Shown here piece by piece: positions 57,240-64,000 of a DNA stretch of 64,000 bases (positions are counted from its first letter, which is position 1; each line of letters opens with the position of its first letter). The stretch comes from the human T2T-CHM13v2.0 reference genome, Homo sapiens, in assembly GCF_009914755.1 (NCBI RefSeq), contig NC_060935.1. One strand, given 5' to 3'. Below the pieces are notes generated by a model that worked only from the letters and a program-made list of their open reading frames with translations, ran no database searches and was not told where the DNA came from. The position numbers were made by a program, and so were the translations under genes.

Positions 57240-57520
57240 GATAATAACTATAATTTATTGAGTCCTTACTAGGTGCCAGCCAGTGTTCTAGGCACTTTAC
57301 TTTCTTTTATAAATCAACAGGTAGTTCACTTAAGTTCAAAATTGCTGAAAATCAAGCAATTAAGAGGTAATGACTATTGGGATCCCCATTCTACAAATGA
57401 TGAAAGTAAGGGTCAGAGAGCTTTAGTAAATGGCCCAAAGTCTCATAAAAAATGGTGAACATGAGGTTGTAGCTGAAGAAATGTGACTCCAGTGTCCACA
57501 TTATTCACAACATGCTACAC
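57240..57520 (-). mobile_element. MIR
   Basis: tttattgagtccttactaggtgccag...cccattctacaaatgatgaaagtaagggtcagaga. Confidence 0.7.
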
Positions 57521-58825
57521 TTTCCCTTTGAGGATGTCTTGGATCTTAAATAGGTGCATACTCAGTGAGAAGCTTATAGTCACTACTCACTGTAATAATA
57601 AAACCCATTGTCCCACAGACTACCATTTTTCATGTAACAGTCATGAGCTTGGAAAATTTTTATTTAATTATATATTTATAAAAAAAGAAAATTGTCAGCA
57701 GAATACCATAAACGAGAGATGCACTAATAGTTCTGTAGATAGTTGATTAGAAAGGATTCTGAATTTCTCAAATTTAATCCCATTGTTTTCCAGTGAGTAA
57801 ATTGAGACAGACTTGTAATTGCATTCAAAAAATGACTCAAATCCATGTCTTCTTACATGGAATTTGGAATTTCTCTTAGAGTATGCTTCTTCTTGGAATC
57901 TGATAGCTAAGATTCTATTTTTGAGTACTTTTGGTATCTAAATAGTGTTATGAATAAAGCCATGTCCTACTGTTCTGTACCTCTTTCTACAGTGTCTATT
58001 TTCTCCTCTCTCACTACCTAGCTCATCTCAAGAATTCATGAAAAAAAAACATGGCATATTTGGTAGTTGGTGATAGTCATGAGTTAGTTCACTTGAGTTC
58101 AAATTAATTAAAATTAAGATATTGTATGTAAGTGTTGAAAAAATTGGGGTATAGGCAAGGACAAAATGGAGAGAATCACAGCTCCTTATAAGTTGGACAA
58201 GGAGTCAGACCAAGTAATCACTACAGGGAACAATGTGATAAATAATATAGCTATTTATACATTTCAGAGTCATGTCTTCTGACATTTAATGAAAGACTAA
58301 TAAAGACTGAACATACTTTGAGGCATGAAGGAATGAAGGTCTAATAGTACAAGGCCAGAGTACTGAGTGATATATTTCAGAAGATGTTATTCTTGGTGCT
58401 GCACAGATCATATTATAAAGATACCACACATACAAACACAAAGCACTAAATCTATGTCAATTATTTATTTAGAATTTGTTACCATCAGCAGAGAGGAAGT
58501 CATTTGAGACCAAGAACCTGTCGCCTATTCATCATAGCTGAATTCTGTGCCAAGAAAAATATTTTAAATAAGAAGTTATAAAATGTATGAGTGGCTTTTG
58601 GGACTTTAACACTTCTTCTGTATAGAATATTCACTAAAACTTAGAGGTAGAAGCCTTTACCTGTCACAGAAATGAAAATCTTTGTGGAGAAATAGAATTG
58701 TCAAGGGAAGATGGACTCTTTGGATGAGAAACACAATAGAGACTTACTGCATGTTTATTGTGTGTAAATCACTATTGAGGATACAACAATGAAAAGGTGC
58801 TCTGCGACACAATGGATGTAAGCAT

Positions 58826-58850
58826 GTTCCTGTTCACTATTTCATTACAG
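58826..58850 (+). promoter_or_regulatory. 3' splice acceptor of the OR4A8 coding exon
   Basis: gttcctgttcactatttcattacag|gtc, 51 nt before the ATG. Confidence 0.7.
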
Positions 58851-58901
58851 GTCTTGTTCTCCTGAGCTCTCATCTCTGATACAAGCCTTAAAGAAGGGTA
58901 A

Positions 58902-59849
58902 ATGAGGCAGAATAACAATATTACAGAATTTGTCCTCCTGGGCTTCTCTCAGTATCCTGATGTGCAAAATGCATTATTTGTCATGTTTTTACTCATATAT
59001 ATTGTGACTATGGTGGGGAACCTGCTCATTGTGGTGTCTATTATTGCCAGTCCCTTTTTGGGCTCCCCAGTGTACTTCTTCCTTGCCTGCCTGTCATTTA
59101 TAGATGCTGTGTATTCCACCACCATTTCTCCTGTATTGATTGTAGACTTACTCTGTGATAAAAAGACTATTTCCTTCCCAGCTTGCATGGGTCAGCTATT
59201 TATAGAGCACTTGTTTGGTGATACTGACGTCTTCCTTCTGGTGGTGATGGCCTATGATCGCTACGTGGCCACCTGTAAGCCACTGCGCTATTTGACCATC
59301 ATGAATTGACAGGTTTGCATCCTTCTGTTGGTGGTGGCTGTGACTGGAGGTTTTCTGCATTCTGTGTTTCAAATTTTAGTTGTGTACAGTCTCCCTTTCT
59401 GTGGCCCCAATGTCATTTATCACTTTTTCTGTAACATATACCCTTTATTGGAACTGGAATGCACTGACACCTACTTCGTAGGCCTCGCTGTGGTTTTCAA
59501 TGGTGGAGCAATCTGTATGGTCATCTTCACCCTTCTACTAATCTCCTATGGGGTCATCCTAAACTCCCTTAAAACTTATAGTCCGGAAGGGAGGCATAAA
59601 GCTCCGTTTATCTGCAGCTCCCACTTTATCATGGTTATCTTGTTTTTTGTTCCCTGTATTTTCTTATATGTTAGACCCGTTTCAAACTTTCCTATTGATA
59701 AATTCCTGACTGTGTTTTATTCAGTTATCACACCCAAGTTGAATCCTTTTATATACATGTTGAGAAATTCAGAGATGAGAAATGCTATAGAAAAACTCTT
59801 GGGATACCAAAGTGGGAAGACAGGATTTAGATGCTCCAAGCTCAATTAA
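58902..59849 (+). pseudogene. OR4A8: OR4A8, nonsense allele (TGA at codon 136 of a 315-codon frame)
   Basis: ORFs 58902-59309 and 59328-59849 share one frame; 948 bp with a single TGA at 59307-59309 (IMN*QVC). [10 protein letters not shown]...RCSKLN recognised as OR4A8. Confidence 0.92.
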
Positions 59850-60739
59850 GAAGTCATCCTATCTTGGCATCTGTTTGAAGTTCAAGATCTCAACCTCTAT
59901 ATCCAGAACTGAGAGTGGATGGGGATGCTTGGGTGCAGGTCCTATTGTGTACATTTTAAATTATGTATTTTCTCTATTACACATCTATTGAGACAGGACA
60001 TTTCTCCTGTATTCCCAGCACAGAGTGGAGAAAAGGAGGAATAGGTAATTAAAATAGATGCTCCTGTTCAAAAGGGAAGGCTATGGTGCTTCCTTCTGTG
60101 TAATTTATTTAAAGACTTTGTGGAATAGGCAAGCACCATATTCACAAATATCTTTGAAACTGCCCCTTCTCAGACTTGAGCTGAAACTCTCTGTGCAGTC
60201 AGATAATACTCTTAAGAACCTTGGAATTAAATTTGTCTAGTTTAAGATAGTTACGTGACCCACCATTAAATTTTTCTGAAGTTTATTCATAGTGTCTTTA
60301 CACCCACAAGTTCAGAATGACTTTTAATTTGATGACCACTCTTACTTTTAGAGTACTTAGCTCTTTGCAGAGACTGGAAAGGGAAACCATTTTCATCTTT
60401 GACACCCACAAGTTCTGACTCTTTTATGTTTCTTGTAAATTCTGTCTGAAAATGTAACAGTTAATCTTTTAAGTAGTATTATTTTAAAAATCTGACTTAT
60501 TATAACATACAATGCTATAATAAACAGCTGTAACTTTCAATATTCTGTTTGGAAATTTTAGTCGTATCCACCTATTCATTTAAGTACATTTTTTATTTTC
60601 TACCTTACTACAGGTAACAGAATTACTAAACAGTTATGTCTATTTTCAGCCTTTACTTACAATATCATGGAGGCCCTTGGTTTTATATACTACAGCCAGT
60701 TCCAAACACTTTAGATTGTTGTTATGGAAACACCACACT

Positions 60740-62500
60740 TTAAGGTGTCACTTTTTATTCTCGTCCTGTCTTCATGTATGGTGCAGGGCTCCACAGTTTT
60801 TGTGATTTCAAACAACCTTCATTTTATTTTATCTCAAAATTTTGTGAGTCAGGAATTCAGGCAGTTGTTGGCTGGGTGTTTCTTCTGTTTTGTGTGGCAA
60901 GGACTGAAGTCGCTGTCTTATTCAGCTGATAACTGAATTTTATGTAAACGCAGGATAACTTAATGCACATTTAAAGCATATTGGAAGGGATGACCTTAAG
61001 AGATGCATTGGGTCCTCTTCCTATCCCTTTAGATGAAGGAACACAAGATCACTCCAGAGGATAGTCTGGCTTTTTACATCGTGCTCAGAGATCCCAGTGG
61101 TAGAAAGTAAATGGGTCCGGCCAGCTAAGGGCTGTGTCCGGAGCTGAAACAATGTCACTTGCATCATATTCTATTTGTCATAGTGATCACATGACCACCC
61201 AGATTTGAGGTTTTACAGAAATAGAAGATAACCTTTGATGCGGAAGTTTCAAAGTCACCTTGCAGATCAGCATGCAGGAAAATTGTCCACATCTCAAAAA
61301 GAGCATATTGTAGTTTTATTCATTTTAAGTTAGATCCATAAATCATCTTGAACTAACAACATCTGAGCAACATTGGGTTTTCTAATTCCTGAATACAGTA
61401 TATCTGTTAGGTATTTAAAATATTTATTTTTGAAGAGTTTTGTAGTTGTTATTCATGTAGGGATCTTCCTTATCTATTCATAAGTATTTATGTTTTCAGA
61501 TTTCATCACAGACTTTTAATTAAAAAATCCATTTGTCATTGTTGCTAGTATGTATGTAAAGGAAATTGCATTTTTTATTTGACATTTTAGTCCTATAAAC
61601 TTGTAAATTTACTTCTTATTCCTACAAAGTTATTCTTTAGGGTTTTCTCTAACACTATCATGTTATCTGCAAGTAAGGATAGCTCATTACTTGGAAAGAG
61701 ATGGGATGTTTCAGTTTCTTTTTGTGTCATGTTTAGAAGGTTGTTCTTTCCCTACATTTTACCTAATTCATCTAAGCCGTCAAACTAATTGAAATAATGT
61801 ATTTCAGAACAATCCTTTTCTAACCTTTTAAGTCTAAAAGATCTATGGGTTGATTATTTGTTTTATGATTTCTGATATTGGTAATTTGAATTTGTCTTTC
61901 CTTTGATAACTCTTGCTGGCAATTTATCAATTTCATTACCAACTTGTGGCTATTTTCATTTTCTCTATTTTATGTTTTCCATTTTATTGTTTTTGATCTT
62001 ATATTTATGTCCTTTCATTTACTTACCTTGGCTTTTATTTACTGTTCTTGTTCTAGCTTCTTAAGGTGAAGGCTCAGATGCCTGCTTGTAAATATTTATT
62101 TTAAATGTAAGCTTTTATAGCTATACATGTTACTTTAAGTACTGTTTTGATCACACCTCAAACATTTTGGTGTTTTTTGTTATTGCTGAGTTCTAAATAT
62201 TTGCTTATTTACATTATACTTTTTTCTTTGATTCATAGGTTCACTAAATATTTATTGGCATGCTTCCCAATATTTGAAGCATACTCTAGATATATTTATG
62301 AGTTATTTATTTATACAAAGGAAATTATTTCAAAATTTAGTGATTCAAACAATATGTACTCATTCTCAATTTCTGTAGGTCAGGAAACTAAGGATGGCTT
62401 AGGTTCCCATCCTTCAAGGTCTCTCACAAAACTGTAATCAAGGTGATGGTTGGGGCTACCATCTCATATGAAAGCTTGGCTGAGGAAGCATCCTCTTCCA
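60740..62500. mobile_element. MLT1 LTR pieces and ancient L1M fragments
   Basis: tttgtgagtcaggaattcaggcag, tctgtaggtcaggaa...gtaatcaagg; antisense L1M text in between. Boundaries approximate. Confidence 0.5.
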
Positions 62501-63019
62501 CTCTGGTATTGGGATATAGGTCATATTTTTATATTAGTTCTTCATCTTGGAATCATAATTTAGACCACAGTATCGTTGATCATATCTGATAGTTCTGCAG
62601 AATAAAAATATTTTCGTGCATGTTTTAACACTTACCAGTAAGACAGCACAGCACGTATAGACATGCTCTTTGAATTTTAGCAGTAATACATATTACATTT
62701 GGGGTGATGTGTTTAAACCATTTACTAGCTAAGTTGAAAATGACTAACTTTTAGTGTAGCCTGTTATGTGATAAAGACCTTAACTATCTCAGATAGGTAT
62801 TTATGGGACTCTTTAAGACTCTTATGACACAAAGATCAAACATTTAGCTCAACATATGATGAGATGAAGGTGTTCAATAGATCCAATGGTAAGCCAAGTC
62901 ATGGAAATAACAGTGGAAGCCCTTAAATACTGCTTCCTTGTTGGAAATAAAAATTTCTTTATTGTAGAAACAGTTATTGGATTGATATTAGAATATAATT
63001 AAAATATTGAGTTAATGGA

Positions 63020-63231
63020 TGTATTAGTCCGTTTTCACACTGCTGATAATGACATGCCCAAGACTGGGAAGAAATAGAGGTTTAATTAGACTTACACTTC
63101 CACAGGGCTTGAAAGGCCTCAGAGTCATGGTGGGAGGTGCAAGGCACTTCTTACATGGCAGTGGCAAGAGAAAAATGAGGAAGATACAGTTCAAGTTGAG
63201 ATTTGGGTGGGGACACAGCCAAACCATATCA
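63020..63231 (-). mobile_element. Internally deleted THE1 solo LTR
   Basis: tgtattagtccgttttcacactgctgata...gagatttgggtggggacacagccaaaccatatca; 212 bp; perfect 5-bp TSD ATGGA (63015-19, 63232-36). Confidence 0.92.
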
Positions 63232-64000
63232 ATGGACTACTGATCATTATGGTTATATCTGACTTAGATACAGGTCTTGATCAAAAGCCTCAAAAGCCTG
63301 TACTCTAACTAAAACTGCAGCACTATGATTACCTATTTTTCCATGAATCAGAATGTCAACTTCCGTTCTTAGGCTCTCTGCCTCTGAGCCTCGGGGCTTC
63401 TTGGGCACAGACTTTCTAACAGGAAGGGTAAGGCCCTCCTCACCGGGAGCATTTTTAGCAAAGAGAACCTGGGGCTGGTTCTCCTTTAATTCTGGCTGAA
63501 ATATTACTTGCCTTACCTAAATATTTCATAACATGCATCTCATAACTTATTATTCAATTCACTTTAAAATTATTCTTTTCATATTGCAGGCATTTCACAT
63601 TACTTGTCATTTAGCTACTTTTCCTTAGCAAGAACCAAATCTTTTTCCTCTAGGAATTTTGTAAGAAAAAAGTATACAGAGAGTTTATTTCATTTGAAGT
63701 TGTTCCAAATATTCTAACTAATCTATAGTGACGTTACTCTCTCTTTCTAAAATATTGTTGATGTAAAGGTTATAGACTGTGTCTACAGACATAAATGGAA
63801 GAATTATTTTTCTGATAGAGCAGCCCAGGAGATATCAAAAAAGTTAAATTTCTGCCCAAGGTAGAGTATGTCTTCAGTTGGTATCTAGTCCTCTAGGTGT
63901 AATATTTTCTTGCAATGTCTACCATTGCTTGTAAAAATGAGTGAAAGTTCTCAATTTCCTGGGATGAGATTGGGGAGATATAGAGACATGCTTTTACTTA

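Noticed and set aside
59307-59309. In-frame TGA as selenocysteine
   Set aside because: The position is not a conserved Cys, ORs are not selenoproteins, and no SECIS element is evident; CGA->TGA decay is the simpler explanation.

Overview
Human (primate) genomic DNA from an olfactory-receptor family-4 cluster. The proteins match the chromosome 11 pericentromeric OR4C/OR4A array, recognised from memory in the order OR4C7P, OR4R2P, OR4A4P, OR4A3P, OR4A2P, OR4A8. All six OR loci carry disabling lesions in this haplotype: frameshifts, nonsense codons or truncation. OR4A8 is a single TGA away from an intact 315-aa ORF. Most of the rest is L1, Alu, MaLR LTR, MIR and L2 debris, plus a decayed 5S rRNA pseudogene. 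I see no evidence of a novel multi-gene biological system. The non-obvious structure is evolutionary and mutational: three local template-switch scars (a miniature DUP-TRP/INV-DUP, an inverted templated insertion plus a perfected hairpin, and an L1 segment copied into a polypyrimidine tract); two ghost OR4A gene heads in an ancient tandem duplication; three pairs of paralogous non-coding blocks; parallel THE1 insertions at nearly the same paralogous site; a foreign poly(A)-tailed insert inside an L1; a twin-primed L1; and a degenerate ~22-bp minisatellite. Repeat subfamilies, identities and most repeat boundaries were estimated by eye.
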